32,000 nucleotides of DNA from positions 304,136 through 336,135 of the forward strand of contig JAGTJX010000002.1 in NCBI GenBank assembly GCA_023657465.1, read 5' to 3'. Of the stretch, positions 8,633 through 18,434 are shown in pieces. Source of the stretch: Lysobacteraceae bacterium. GTDB lineage: Bacteria > Bdellovibrionota > UBA1018 > JAGTJX01. The translations under genes and the position numbers were made by a program. Position 1 is the stretch's first letter. Each line of letters starts with the position of its first letter. The notes under the pieces were generated by a model. That model had not been told where the DNA came from, did no database searches, and saw nothing but the letters and a program-made list of their open reading frames with translations.

Positions 8633-9049
8633 ATGGGTAACGGTATTTTCGACAACACTATTGGAGCTTTAAACACGTCGCTCAACTTGCGTCAGATGAA
8701 TCAGAACGTGATCTCATCTAACATCGCAAACGCTGACACGCCTGGGTTTAAATCCAAGGCAATGGATTTTGAAAATGCGATGCGTACAGCGATGGGCATA
8801 GGCGATCAACTCAAAATGCAAGCATCGAATCCGAATCATATCATTCCACAAGAACAAGATCCCATTCATCCTGAAATTTTCGATGATCCAAATGGAGTAG
8901 AATCTCTCGACGGGAATACTGTTGAGCGATCTGCAGAAATGGCAAAACTCTCTGAAAACCAGCTGCTTTATGATGCGTCTATCGAAATGCTAAAAAAGAA
9001 ACTAGGAATGCTCAAGTACGCAATCAATGAAGGCGGAGGTAACAGATAA
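8633..9049 (+). CDS. flgB: Flagellar basal-body rod protein FlgB
   Basis: The N-terminal rod motif is SSNIANADTPGFK. The ATG at 8633 is preceded by GGAGG, whereas the track start at 8615 is a GTG with no RBS. It is followed by flgC. Confidence 0.9.
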   Translation: MGNGIFDNTIGALNTSLNLRQMNQNVISSNIANADTPGFKSKAMDFENAMRTAMGIGDQLKMQASNPNHIIPQEQDPIHPEIFDDPNGVESLDGNTVERSAEMAKLSENQLLYDASIEMLKKKLGMLKYAINEGGGNR

Positions 9050-9486
9050 TGGATTTTTTCTCATCCATGAAAGTGAGTGCTTCGGGGCTTGATGCGCAAA
9101 TGAAGCGCATGAATACGATCTCAAGCAACATTGCAAACGCAGAGACAACAAGTACTGATGAAGGTGGTCCGTACAAACGCCAAGATCCTATTTTTGCTGC
9201 AGAAACCAACCGCGAAACGTTTGGGGAGATTCTTAAAGATGCGATGGATGAAAATGTTCAAGGTGTTCGAGTCGTTGACGTACTTCGTGATCCTTCTCCT
9301 CCTCGGATGGTTTTTAACCCAAATCATCCGCATGCGAATGAAGAAGGCTATGTAGCTATGCCGAATGTGAATCAGATTAACGAAATGGCAAACATGATTA
9401 GCGCCACTCGTTCTTATGAAGCCAACGTGACGACGCTCAATGCGGCGAAACAAATGGCACAAAAAGCATTAGAGATTGGAAGGTAG
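9049..9486 (+). CDS. flgC: Flagellar basal-body rod protein FlgC
   Basis: It carries GLDAQMKRMNTISSNIANAETT and the C-terminal rod motif EMANMISATRSYEANVT. Its start overlaps the flgB stop by 1 nt (TAATG). Confidence 0.93.
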   Translation: MDFFSSMKVSASGLDAQMKRMNTISSNIANAETTSTDEGGPYKRQDPIFAAETNRETFGEILKDAMDENVQGVRVVDVLRDPSPPRMVFNPNHPHANEEGYVAMPNVNQINEMANMISATRSYEANVTTLNAAKQMAQKALEIGR

Positions 9487-9492
9487 ATTTAG

Positions 9493-9852
9493 GTGGCGAT
9501 GGATTCATTAAAGATTGAAGGTTTAAGCAATCGATTAGAGATTGGCACTGACCAGCTGGGTCGTATGCAAGAGCGCAAAGAAATGAATGGCCTCAGCATG
9601 GGATCAGGTCAAGCCGCAGGTTCTCCACCGAGTGGCAGCTTCACTCAGATGCTTGAGAAAGCTGTAGAGCAAGCCAATGAACATCAAGTTCAAGCAGACA
9701 CTGCAGCTAAGGAACTCATGGCTGGCAGATCTAAGAATATTCATGAATCACTACTCGTACTCGAGCGCGCAGATACATCATTGAAACTGATGATGCAGGT
9801 CAGAAACAAAGTTCTCGATGCATACCGTGAGATCATGAGAATGCAGGTCTAG
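9493..9852 (+). CDS. fliE: Flagellar hook-basal body complex protein FliE
   Basis: The C-terminal signature is LKLMMQVRNKVLDAYREIMRMQV. The start could be the GTG at 9493 or the ATG at 9499. Confidence 0.88.
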   Translation: MAMDSLKIEGLSNRLEIGTDQLGRMQERKEMNGLSMGSGQAAGSPPSGSFTQMLEKAVEQANEHQVQADTAAKELMAGRSKNIHESLLVLERADTSLKLMMQVRNKVLDAYREIMRMQV

Positions 9853-9902
9853 TTTTTTAGGGATAAGAGGGATGGGTTTAGGAATAAGAGAGGGAATGGC
9901 AA

Positions 9903-11594
9903 GTGGGAGATTATTTAAAGAAAGTAGTCAGTCAAATATCAGATTTTTTTAATACTCTGAGTCCTGCTCGTAAAGTAGGGGTCGTGATCACATTGATCTT
10001 GATGACTGCTTCAATCGGTGGATTGTTTTACTGGGCAGGTAACAAAACTTACAAACCTCTCATGACGAATTTGAATCCAGAAGATGCTACTTCCATCATG
10101 AGAATTCTTCGTGATAAGAAAATTCCATTCAATGTAGACCCAACGGGAAGAAATATCGAGATTCCACCTGAGCAGATTCATAACTTAAGGTTAGAGCTAG
10201 CGACTATCGGTCTCCCACAATCCAGCAACATAGGTTATGAGCTGTTTGATAAGCAGCAATTGGGAACCACAAGTTTTGTTCAGAAAGTGAATCAGAAGCG
10301 CGCTCTCGAAGGTGAGCTCATGCGCACCATCAATACGATCAAGGGTATCAAACGTTCACGTGTGCACTTAGTCCAACCCGACAAAAGTGCCTTCATCGAA
10401 GATCAAAAGAAACCATCTGCATCAGTCGTTCTTGATGTTGAACCAGGTACGGTTCTTTCTGAAAAACAAATTTATGGCATCGGAAACTTAGTGGCTCGCG
10501 CCGTAGAGGGATTGGATTACTCAGAAGTGGGAATCGTCGATTCAAACGGAAAAACTCTCTCAAAGAACAGCCAGGATCCACTCGTAGGAATTACTGCGAC
10601 TCAGCATGATTTCAAACGTAAAGTCGAAGAAGAAAAAGAAAAGCAAATCGAAGACATGTTAGCTCGAGTAGTAGGTGAAGGCCGTGTCGTAGCTAGAGTC
10701 ATGGCTGATATGGACTTCTCAAGAGTAGAAGAGAATCAGACCACTTATGATGCTGATGGAAGCGCAGTCGTATCTCAGAGCAAGAACAACGATACTGCAG
10801 AAGGCACTCGTCCAGGTCCAATTGGCGCTCCAGGAGCAACGACGAATCAGCCAGGCAATCCACCTATGGCAGCTGCTTCTACTCAGATTCGAAATAATAC
10901 AAATAAGAATAATGAACTCACGAACTACGCTGTGCCACAGACCACTCGAAGAACAATCAAGCAGCCTGGTGGCGTGACCAAATGGTCAGTCGCTGTAGTG
11001 CTAGATGGGAAGACTGTGAAGACCACTGACAAAGATGGAAAAGTCTTGGCCAAAGTCGAATCATGGGCTCCAGAGAAGCTCAAAGAATTTGAAGCACTCG
11101 TTGCAAGTGCAGTAGGATTCGATGCTAAGCGCGGTGATAAGATTGAAGTGAAGAATATGGAATTCACTCGTGAAGACTTCGAAGAAGCTCAGCGTACGAT
11201 TGCTGAGAGCGAGCGCCGTGGATACATTCAGAACCTCATTATTTATGGTGTGATTGGTATTCTCATTCTCCTCTTCTTCGTCTTCGTCGTACGCCCATTC
11301 ATCAAGTGGGTTACCGAGAATACGATCGACAGTGTGGATTTATTCTTGCCACAGACATTGGAAGAGCTTGAGTCACTTCAGAAAGGTGCTGGTATGCCTC
11401 AGTTAGAGGATACAGTTCCTGCTCTCAGTGAGAAGATTGCTCCAGAAAAAATTGAAGGTGAGATGATCAAAGAAAAAATCATCTCTCTCGTTGATAACAA
11501 TCCACAGAAAGCAGCACTCGTGCTTCGTGACTGGATTAAGGGTCAACCGGCAAAAGAACCAGCCAAAGAAGTGGGAAAGGGTAAATCCGCATGA
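9903..11594 (+). CDS. fliF: Flagellar MS-ring protein FliF
   Basis: It is 563 aa with an N-terminal TM helix (VGVVITLILMTASIGGLFYW), a large periplasmic region, and a C-terminal TM helix (LIIYGVIGILILLFFVFVV). The GTG start follows a GAGAGGGAA RBS. An ATGA overlap joins it to fliG. Confidence 0.92.
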   Translation: MGDYLKKVVSQISDFFNTLSPARKVGVVITLILMTASIGGLFYWAGNKTYKPLMTNLNPEDATSIMRILRDKKIPFNVDPTGRNIEIPPEQIHNLRLELATIGLPQSSNIGYELFDKQQLGTTSFVQKVNQKRALEGELMRTINTIKGIKRSRVHLVQPDKSAFIEDQKKPSASVVLDVEPGTVLSEKQIYGIGNLVARAVEGLDYSEVGIVDSNGKTLSKNSQDPLVGITATQHDFKRKVEEEKEKQIEDMLARVVGEGRVVARVMADMDFSRVEENQTTYDADGSAVVSQSKNNDTAEGTRPGPIGAPGATTNQPGNPPMAAASTQIRNNTNKNNELTNYAVPQTTRRTIKQPGGVTKWSVAVVLDGKTVKTTDKDGKVLAKVESWAPEKLKEFEALVASAVGFDAKRGDKIEVKNMEFTREDFEEAQRTIAESERRGYIQNLIIYGVIGILILLFFVFVVRPFIKWVTENTIDSVDLFLPQTLEELESLQKGAGMPQLEDTVPALSEKIAPEKIEGEMIKEKIISLVDNNPQKAALVLRDWIKGQPAKEPAKEVGKGKSA

Positions 11595-12622
11595 AGGGCA
11601 TAGCAGCTGTTTCGTATGAAAATATTGAAGAGATGTCGGGGATTGATAAGACTGCAGTTCTCCTCAGCGTCTTAGGCAACACCGTGACTGCTAAGATCTT
11701 CAAAAGCATGAAAGACAACGATGTGAAGCGTGTTGTGAACTCCATGCAATCCGTGAATAAGGTTCCGATCTCTACTGTACGTAAAGTATTAGAAGAGTTT
11801 TATAATGAGATTTCTGAAGAAGACATTCTCATTTTCGGTCACCAGACCGGTCGTGAGTTCATTTTGGAGACTCTCGGAGAAGATCGTGCGAAGACTGTTC
11901 TTGGTCAGCTCTCAGTACTCGAAGGTTCGCGTACTCTTGAAGCTCTCGAGCTCGTCGACCCTCGTACCCTAGCCAACTTCTTGGTCAATGAACATCCGCA
12001 AACCATCGCTCTTGTTCTTGCACATTTAGAAGCCAACAAGAAGTGCGACGTTCTCAAGCGTTTGCCAGAAGTCATTCAGACCGAAGTAGTTCTCAGAATC
12101 GCGAACCTCGATTATATTTCTCCAGACCTCATTGCTCAGGTGGACGAAGTGCTCAAGCAAGAGCTTGCAACATTGGGTTCGATCGATACACAACAATTGG
12201 GTGGCGTGCCTCCGATCGCAGAAATGCTCAACGTCATGGACAAAAACAGCGAACAGAACATCATGTCTCGTGTGGAAGAAAAAGATCCGCAGTTGGCAGA
12301 AGAGATTAGAAAACTCATGTTCGTATTCGAAGACATCATTTTCATCGACGACCGGGGTATGCAGTCTCTTCTCAAAGAAGTACCCAACGACAAATTGGTA
12401 CTTGCTCTCAAGACAGCTCCAGACGAGATCAAAGATAAGATCTTTAAGAACATTTCAAAACGCGCAAGCGAACTACTCAAAGAAGATCTCTCTTCTATGG
12501 GTCCAGTGAAGCTCTCAGATGTCGAAGGTGCTCAACAAGAGATCGTCAACATAGCGAAGCGTCTCGAGTCCGAAGGCAAGATCATCATTAGTCGTGGTGG
12601 AGAGGCTGACGCTCTCGTATGA
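11591..12622 (+). CDS. fliG: Flagellar motor switch protein FliG
   Basis: It is 343 aa and has GIDKTAVLLSVLG, EHPQTIALVLAHL, the MFVFEDI motif, and a charged C-terminal torque helix region. Confidence 0.95.
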   Translation: MKGIAAVSYENIEEMSGIDKTAVLLSVLGNTVTAKIFKSMKDNDVKRVVNSMQSVNKVPISTVRKVLEEFYNEISEEDILIFGHQTGREFILETLGEDRAKTVLGQLSVLEGSRTLEALELVDPRTLANFLVNEHPQTIALVLAHLEANKKCDVLKRLPEVIQTEVVLRIANLDYISPDLIAQVDEVLKQELATLGSIDTQQLGGVPPIAEMLNVMDKNSEQNIMSRVEEKDPQLAEEIRKLMFVFEDIIFIDDRGMQSLLKEVPNDKLVLALKTAPDEIKDKIFKNISKRASELLKEDLSSMGPVKLSDVEGAQQEIVNIAKRLESEGKIIISRGGEADALV

Positions 12623-13404
12623 GTAATTCTTTCCAAAGACAAAAGTGGAACATTCAATCTGAGACCGAAGGCAGCAGTGGGGTACGTGTCATCTCTCAGG
12701 GTGAAGGCTCCACTTATCAAGTTGAGGAATACATTGCCGAAAAACTCAAGACTTCTTCCATGTCTACCCCTGAAGACAAGTCTATTAAGCATAGTTTCCA
12801 GCTCAATAGACTCCAAGGTCAGTTAAAGGCTGAACAGGAGAAGGCTAAGATTGTTTTTGATCAAGAAATTGATGTCATAAAAAAAGCAGCCTTTGATGAG
12901 GGAATGAAACAAGGATTCGGCCAAGGACATGGGGAAGGTATTGAAGCAGGAAAAGCTGAAGGCCATCAGAAGTATTTGATGGAAATGCGTGGCAATATCG
13001 CAAAAATTGAAGAGCTCACAGCCGCTTATGAAGGAGCTAAGAATGAAATCTACGCTGCGAATGAACGCGTCTTAGTACAGCTTGCTTTCCAAGTAGCTAA
13101 GAAAGTTGTACTGAAAGAACTTGCAACTGATGAGACCTATATTCAGCGCGTAGTGAAAGAAATCATCGACCGGCTCAGTGTAAAGGAGTCTGTGAGAATC
13201 AAAGTATCTCCGAAGGATCTCTACCGTGTGGAGAATATTAAAAAAGAACTCACTGATCATTTTTCTAAATTAAAGAACATAACAGTAGAGTCTTCTGACA
13301 AGGTACTCAGTGGCTGTATAGTTGAAACAGATTTTAATGTCATAGATGCGCAAGTCGAAAATCAACTCAAAGAAATATTTGATGCATTGGTTGAAAGCAA
13401 ATGA
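12619..13404 (+). CDS. fliH: Flagellar assembly protein FliH (export ATPase regulator)
   Basis: It lies between fliG and fliI. It has a Gly-repeat region (GFGQGHGEGIEAGKAEG) and a C-terminal GCIVETDFNVIDAQVENQL motif. ATGA overlaps occur at both ends. Confidence 0.85.
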   Translation: MSNSFQRQKWNIQSETEGSSGVRVISQGEGSTYQVEEYIAEKLKTSSMSTPEDKSIKHSFQLNRLQGQLKAEQEKAKIVFDQEIDVIKKAAFDEGMKQGFGQGHGEGIEAGKAEGHQKYLMEMRGNIAKIEELTAAYEGAKNEIYAANERVLVQLAFQVAKKVVLKELATDETYIQRVVKEIIDRLSVKESVRIKVSPKDLYRVENIKKELTDHFSKLKNITVESSDKVLSGCIVETDFNVIDAQVENQLKEIFDALVESK

Positions 13405-14783
13405 CCTGGACACTGCCAGAAAATAAATACTCTGATATATTGCATTCGATGATGCCATTTTCGATCATCGGAAAAGTAACTAAATCATTAGGACTTATTT
13501 TTGAGGCACACCTTCCCGGCGCTTCTGTCGGAAGTTTATGCAGAATTTTTCTCAATACGGATGATGAGTCTCGTTTTGTTGATGCTGAAGTCATTGGGTT
13601 TAAAGATTCAAAAGTGATTTTGATGCCATTTGAAAATGCAGCAGGAGTGAATAACGAAAGTCGAATTAAACTCCTTCACAGACAATCACAAGTTGTCGTA
13701 GGGAATTTTCTATTAGGTAGAGTAGTCGATGCTTTAGGAAGACCGATGGATCACAAAGGACCACTCTTCGAGGATCGCACTCCGTTTCATACTCGCTCAC
13801 TTTATGAGAAGCCTTCTGATCCACTCACTCGTACGATGATTGAGCAGCCCCTTGACCTCGGAGTAAAGGCAATCAATGGATTGCTAACCATCGGAAAAGG
13901 GCAGCGCGTAGGCATTATGGCAGGTTCTGGAGTAGGGAAGTCTGTACTCCTAGGGATGTTAGCAAAAAATTCTAAGTCAGATATTAACGTTATAGCACTC
14001 ATCGGTGAACGAAACCGTGAAGTGAGAGAATTCATTGAACGTGATCTTGGTCCTGAAGGCTTAGCTCGCTCAATTGTTATTGTTGCAACAGGAGAGAGCT
14101 CACCACTAGTGAGGACTCGCGCAGCTTTCTTAGCGACATCTATTGCTGAATATTTTAGAGATGAAGGCAAAGACGTGCTTCTCATGATGGATTCTGTCAC
14201 TCGTTTCTGTATGGCTCAAAGAGAGATCGGCTTATCTTTAGGCGAGCCACCGGCATCTAAGGGATATACTCCGAGTGTATTCTCCTTACTCCCCAAGTTA
14301 CTTGAGCGTGCAGGCACAGCTCCGGTGAGAGGAAGTATTACAGGTATCTATACAGTACTTGTCGAAGGTGACGATATGGATGAGCCGATTGCAGATGCAG
14401 CTCGTTCGATTCTTGACGGTCACATTGTTCTCTCCCGTAAGCTCGCACACCGTAATCAATTCCCTGCGATAGACGTACTTCAAAGTACTTCCAGGGTCAT
14501 GCCAGCAGTGACGAGCGAAGTGCAGAGGTCTGCTGCAGGGACTATTCGTGAGCTCCTTGCGACTTATACTCAGAACGAGGACATGATTAGTCTGGGAGCC
14601 TATGTGAGAGGCAGTAATCTCAAAATCGATCAGTCTATTGCTGTTCATGATCGGATCAATGATTTCTTCCGTCAGAACTCTAAAGTATCTGTGAGTTTGG
14701 ATGAGACCTTCGCTCAAATGGTCGGAATTTGCCGAGCTGCTGAAGCCATGGCTCAAGCTCCTCAACCTGCAAAAAAATCCTAA
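13401..14783 (+). CDS. fliI: Flagellum-specific ATPase FliI
   Basis: Walker A is GSGVGKS and Walker B is LLMMDSVTR. It has F1/T3SS ATPase-like core motifs (ERNREV, GSITGIYTVLVEGDD). Confidence 0.96.
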   Translation: MTWTLPENKYSDILHSMMPFSIIGKVTKSLGLIFEAHLPGASVGSLCRIFLNTDDESRFVDAEVIGFKDSKVILMPFENAAGVNNESRIKLLHRQSQVVVGNFLLGRVVDALGRPMDHKGPLFEDRTPFHTRSLYEKPSDPLTRTMIEQPLDLGVKAINGLLTIGKGQRVGIMAGSGVGKSVLLGMLAKNSKSDINVIALIGERNREVREFIERDLGPEGLARSIVIVATGESSPLVRTRAAFLATSIAEYFRDEGKDVLLMMDSVTRFCMAQREIGLSLGEPPASKGYTPSVFSLLPKLLERAGTAPVRGSITGIYTVLVEGDDMDEPIADAARSILDGHIVLSRKLAHRNQFPAIDVLQSTSRVMPAVTSEVQRSAAGTIRELLATYTQNEDMISLGAYVRGSNLKIDQSIAVHDRINDFFRQNSKVSVSLDETFAQMVGICRAAEAMAQAPQPAKKS

Positions 14784-14789
14784 GCTCTT

Positions 14790-14806
14790 TTTGCCGACAC
14801 GGCAAA
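14790..14806 (+). other. Perfect 7-bp stem with a 3-nt loop (TTTGCCG-aca-CGGCAAA) just after the fliI stop
   Basis: The inverted repeat was read directly from the sequence. No U-tract follows it, so it is not a canonical terminator. It may be an RNA stability or processing element. Confidence 0.3.
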
Positions 14807-14852
14807 TCATTCAGTCTATTCTTTAAACCCAGATCAGGTGATTCTATAAGAG

Positions 14853-15323
14853 ATGAAGCGTTTTCAATTCAAATTAGAAGCTCTGCTCACCATACGCGAA
14901 CGACAAGTTCAAGAAGCAATGCGCATCCTTGCAGAGACACAACGCAATCTTATGAATGAAGTCGATAGAAAAAATTCTCTCAAAAATGACTTAGAAAGAG
15001 CTGCAATTCGAAGAGAAAAACTTTCTGAAAAAATTGTTGGTGTTCAAGAATACAGAATTGAAGATCTTCTGATTCAAGGAAATCGTAAAAGAATTGAATT
15101 CGCAGAACGTGCAATCATTCGTGCAAAAAAATGGGTGAACCAAGCTATGGCTCAATACTTGGCTGCTCGTCAGAGAAAATCTGTGATCGATAAATTAAAA
15201 GAAAAAGCAAAAGATCAATTTAAAACCGAAGTGAGAAAATACGAACAGAAGCAGCTCGATGATTTGTATGTCATGAGATCTTCTCAGAGACATTGGGTAT
15301 TAGGCGAAGGGGGAGTCGAATGA
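14853..15323 (+). CDS. fliJ: Flagellar export chaperone-like protein FliJ
   Basis: It is a 156-aa coiled-coil protein beginning MKRFQFKLEALLTIRE, located directly after fliI. Confidence 0.85.
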   Translation: MKRFQFKLEALLTIRERQVQEAMRILAETQRNLMNEVDRKNSLKNDLERAAIRREKLSEKIVGVQEYRIEDLLIQGNRKRIEFAERAIIRAKKWVNQAMAQYLAARQRKSVIDKLKEKAKDQFKTEVRKYEQKQLDDLYVMRSSQRHWVLGEGGVE

Positions 15324-15793
15324 AGTCCATTCTCTTGATCTCTCTCATTCTTGGTGCTGCAGTTCATGCATCAGAGCTACCAGACAATGCATGCCTTGTG
15401 GATCAGAAGGCACTCACTGAACTCAAGAAACAAAGATCTGCTTACGAAGAAAAACTTAAAAGCTTAAGCGAAAAAGAAAATGAACTCGAAAAGCGAGAGC
15501 AAGCTGTCAAAGAAGAAATCGCAAAACTCCAAGCTCTCAAATCTGAAATTCAAGGTGTGAAGCTTGATCAGAAAAAACAATCAGATGAAAAAGTAGCTAA
15601 GTTCGTTGAGACAGTAGAAGCAATGAGTCCTAAGGCAGCATCCGCTCTTCTATCAAAAGTAGAATTATCGCTTGCTGTATCTGCTGCAACTAAGATGACC
15701 ACTCAGCGTTTAGCGAAGATCATGAATTTGATGGATCCTGTGAAGGCATCACAGCTCACTGAAGCGATGACTAAAGGGAGTATTCTTCAATGA
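15320..15793 (+). CDS. YlxF/MotE-like flagellar protein (MgtE-N-like helical repeat) with a signal peptide
   Basis: The ATG at 15320 forms an ATGA overlap with the fliJ stop. It has a signal-like N-terminus (MKSILLISLILGAAVHA), a coiled coil, and then MSPKAASALLSKV...LAKIMNLMDPVKASQLTEAM. It occupies the same position as ylxF in Bacillus-type operons. Confidence 0.55.
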   Translation: MKSILLISLILGAAVHASELPDNACLVDQKALTELKKQRSAYEEKLKSLSEKENELEKREQAVKEEIAKLQALKSEIQGVKLDQKKQSDEKVAKFVETVEAMSPKAASALLSKVELSLAVSAATKMTTQRLAKIMNLMDPVKASQLTEAMTKGSILQ

Positions 15794-17202
15794 TTAATAT
15801 TTCCAAAGTCGTATCAGGTGGAATGCCTTCTCGACAACAGATCGGCGAGTCGGATGTAGAGCTTAAGAAAAAAGTGGAAGGCGAAGTTTCTGTGGATCAA
15901 ATGATCCAAGCAGCACTTGCTACTGCACAGGCTCAAACTCCAGTTGTTGTTCTCACTCCGGAACAAAACGTTGCGCTTGCTGCACAAACATCTTTAAGTT
16001 CAGAAGGAGAAGTTGAATCAGTTGGAACAAAAGTAGCAGCAAAGTTACCTGCACTCACTCCTTCCCAAGCTAAACTTGAAGCCCAATTAAAAAACATCAC
16101 TCATGCTCAAACTAATACAGAATTAAAAGCACAAGCTCTCGCGAGACAGAATCCTGGTCTTCAAGAAGGTAAAATGATTCTTCCTGCTGGAGGAATGCAA
16201 GTTGTTGATCAGCAGCTAGAAACAAGCACTCTTACGGATTTATATGCACTTCCAGGACAAGCAGAAGAAGTAGGTACTGAAGTTTCTGAAGCTTCGCAAG
16301 CATCTAAGCCACATGTAGCAACTAAAAAATCTCTTTCAGGTTCTGATTTCCTGCAAACTCGTATGGCGATGGGAACGGCGGGTAATACTTCAGCTCCTGT
16401 CTCTAGTAGTCCAATTGATGCTCCAACAAAGTCCAAAGGTACTGAGGCAAAGTCAATTTCAGAATTAGTCAGCACAGGAGTAGGACTTCAAGCGATTCTC
16501 GGTGGAACAAAAGAAAAGCAATCCAGCGCATCTGATAACTCGGGATCACAAGAAAAAGACCAAACTGCTATGAGACAACTCACACATGGATTGGCTATGA
16601 CTCCAGCGGGTAAGACCGCTTCGTTTGATCCTGGTTCTATCATGGGTCAAGCGACTTCTGCTCAAGTGACGAGTGGTAGTCTAGGGACACAGAGATTATC
16701 GAGTGATGCAGTTCTTAATATCGGCTCACAAATCAAAAACCTCAGTGCATCAGCGAATGGTGGCGAGATTCGATTAAGACTGAAGCCTGATCACTTAGGT
16801 GAAATCTTCATTCAAGTGAATACATTAGGAAATTACGTTGATCTTAAGGTTCGTGCATCGGACGCTCATGCTAAGAAAATCATTGAAGAAAGCTTAAGTG
16901 CACTGAAGGAATCGCTCTCTGTACATAATTTAAGTTTAGGCACAATTGATATAGCGCAAGCACCTGCTCTTACACAATCACAGATGCAATCGCAGCTTGA
17001 TCTCAGTCATCAGAACCGTTCGAACATGGGTGATGTACTCAATCAACAGCAGAATCAAAATTTTAAACAAGGTGCAAGTAATTACGATCGTTTGAATGAT
17101 GGATCTTTACCGGAAGTGAAGAACTTGGTTGGAGCAGCAGGTCTTAAGCGAATGGGTAATCAAGAAGCAGCGGGTTCAGGAAGACTAAACGTTTTAGCAT
17201 AG
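15790..17202 (+). CDS. fliK: Flagellar hook-length control protein FliK
   Basis: The N-terminal two-thirds are low-complexity and rich in Q, S, A and T. The C-terminal Flg_hook-type domain reads GEIRLRLKPDHLGEIFIQVNTLGNYVDLKVRASDAHAKKIIE. It lies before flgD. Confidence 0.85.
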   Translation: MINISKVVSGGMPSRQQIGESDVELKKKVEGEVSVDQMIQAALATAQAQTPVVVLTPEQNVALAAQTSLSSEGEVESVGTKVAAKLPALTPSQAKLEAQLKNITHAQTNTELKAQALARQNPGLQEGKMILPAGGMQVVDQQLETSTLTDLYALPGQAEEVGTEVSEASQASKPHVATKKSLSGSDFLQTRMAMGTAGNTSAPVSSSPIDAPTKSKGTEAKSISELVSTGVGLQAILGGTKEKQSSASDNSGSQEKDQTAMRQLTHGLAMTPAGKTASFDPGSIMGQATSAQVTSGSLGTQRLSSDAVLNIGSQIKNLSASANGGEIRLRLKPDHLGEIFIQVNTLGNYVDLKVRASDAHAKKIIEESLSALKESLSVHNLSLGTIDIAQAPALTQSQMQSQLDLSHQNRSNMGDVLNQQQNQNFKQGASNYDRLNDGSLPEVKNLVGAAGLKRMGNQEAAGSGRLNVLA

Positions 17203-17222
17203 AAGTAAAAAGGGGATAACGA

Positions 17223-18434
17223 GTGTCAATTGGATCGGTGACAACAGCTAGAGCAGGAGCAGTGGTAACAGGTGATTCTGTAGCACCTTCTACTAATGAA
17301 CCCGGCTTAGATAAAAACCAAGCTCCAAAGTTTCAAAAAGTTTGGTCTGACATTCAAGCTAAAATGGGTGTAAAACCTCAAGCTCCTCGTGAAATCAAAA
17401 AGAAACTCGATAAAGATGATTTCATGATGATCATGATTAATCAGATGAAGTATCAGGATCCGACTAAGCCATTTGATGCTGAGAAGATGGCGACTGAAAT
17501 GGCGCAAATCACTTCAATGGAACAAATGCAGAACATGAATAAAACTTTGGAGAAGATGACTGCCAATCAGAATCCATCTCAGCGGTTGGAGATGACATCA
17601 CTGATCGGTAAGACGGTTATTCTCGATCGTAACCGTTTCCCACACACAGAGGGTTCTAACTCTAGTGTCAGCTTCACACTTCCCGAAGCATCTGACGTCA
17701 CTCGTGTGACCCTCATCAATGCTGAATCTGGTGAGCCTGTGTTTACTAGGGATCTGGGGATGCAAGAGGCTGGCGCAGTTGGATTCACTTGGGACGGAAT
17801 GCGCAACAATGGTATCCCGTCTAAGTCAGGAAACTATGTGGTCAGAGTCGATGCGGCTACTGCTCAAGGAAAAGTGATTCCAACTAAGATGCAAGGAGAA
17901 GCAAGGATCATAGGAGTGAGCTTCGATGGTGGAGAGCCTTCGTTCTTAGTCGGTGATGCGAAGATGCAACAAAAAGTTCCGATGAGTAACATTTTGAAGG
18001 TGCAGGAGAGTGTGAGCGGGGAACCGCAGAGCGGTTCCGTGCGAAGCGCCAACACTGCATTACCGTTTAGTCAGCAAAACCAAGTGATTCAGAACCCTGG
18101 TTCAGCACCTAAACCATCCATTCAGTACACTGCTGAAAAGCCAGAAAAGCTCTTTCAACACAGCTCTAATGTCCTCCCTTACACCGGAGCGGCAGAAGGT
18201 AAAGAAGTTCCGATTGATCAGCAAATTTTAGCTGCACTGAACGCGCCTTCAGGATTGCCTTCAGATCAAGTCAAGGCTCATCAAAAACTCGCATTCAATG
18301 CTGAGATGAATCGTCCAGGTGGAATGGATGGATTCACTAGTGGAGCAGCGCCTGTAACTGGAAAAGGTTTTCCAAATGGTTTGAGTACAATGAAAGATGA
18401 AATTCAGAAGCAAAGTGGAGGTGAAAGACAATGA
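17223..18434 (+). CDS. flgD: Flagellar hook capping/assembly protein FlgD with a long C-terminal extension
   Basis: The FlgD N-terminal motif is KDDFMMIMINQMKYQDPTKPFD. An Ig-like middle domain follows (VSFTLPEASDVTRVTLINAESGEPV...GNYVVRVDA). About 140 extra low-complexity residues rich in Q, P, S and G come after ...ILKVQ. The GTG start follows an AAAGGGGA RBS. Confidence 0.88.
   Translation: MSIGSVTTARAGAVVTGDSVAPSTNEPGLDKNQAPKFQKVWSDIQAKMGVKPQAPREIKKKLDKDDFMMIMINQMKYQDPTKPFDAEKMATEMAQITSMEQMQNMNKTLEKMTANQNPSQRLEMTSLIGKTVILDRNRFPHTEGSNSSVSFTLPEASDVTRVTLINAESGEPVFTRDLGMQEAGAVGFTWDGMRNNGIPSKSGNYVVRVDAATAQGKVIPTKMQGEARIIGVSFDGGEPSFLVGDAKMQQKVPMSNILKVQESVSGEPQSGSVRSANTALPFSQQNQVIQNPGSAPKPSIQYTAEKPEKLFQHSSNVLPYTGAAEGKEVPIDQQILAALNAPSGLPSDQVKAHQKLAFNAEMNRPGGMDGFTSGAAPVTGKGFPNGLSTMKDEIQKQSGGERQ

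Noticed and set aside
9872-9952. A 26-codon upstream ORF (MGLGIREGMASG...) in the fliE-fliF spacer, arising from a duplicated purine-rich ATAAGAG(A)GGGA(A)TGG element
   Set aside because: It is out of frame with fliF and very short, with no supporting evidence. The duplicated element is more simply two SD-like stretches, and the second one serves the fliF GTG at 9903.
12043-12509. Two overlapping plus-strand alternative-frame ORFs (88 and 125 aa) inside fliG
   Set aside because: They are off-frame within a highly conserved gene, and their Arg/Ser-rich products have no motifs. They are chance open frames.
14793-14800. GCCGACAC (and GCCGACAA at 20326-20333), resembling the sigma-28 -10 element GCCGATAA
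   Set aside because: Neither site has a TAAA -35 element at the required spacing of about 15 nt. The first site has only AAAA and the second has GACT. Both also lie within hairpin arms, so they are not called as FliA promoters.
14298-14810. A 170-aa minus-strand ORF antisense to fliI (similar cases are 13802-14200, 25998-26462 antisense to flhB, and 12136-12480 antisense to fliG)
   Set aside because: These lie entirely within strongly conserved, well-supported sense genes. They have no RBS or recognisable motifs, and their Cys/Arg/Ser-rich composition is typical of antisense translation artefacts.
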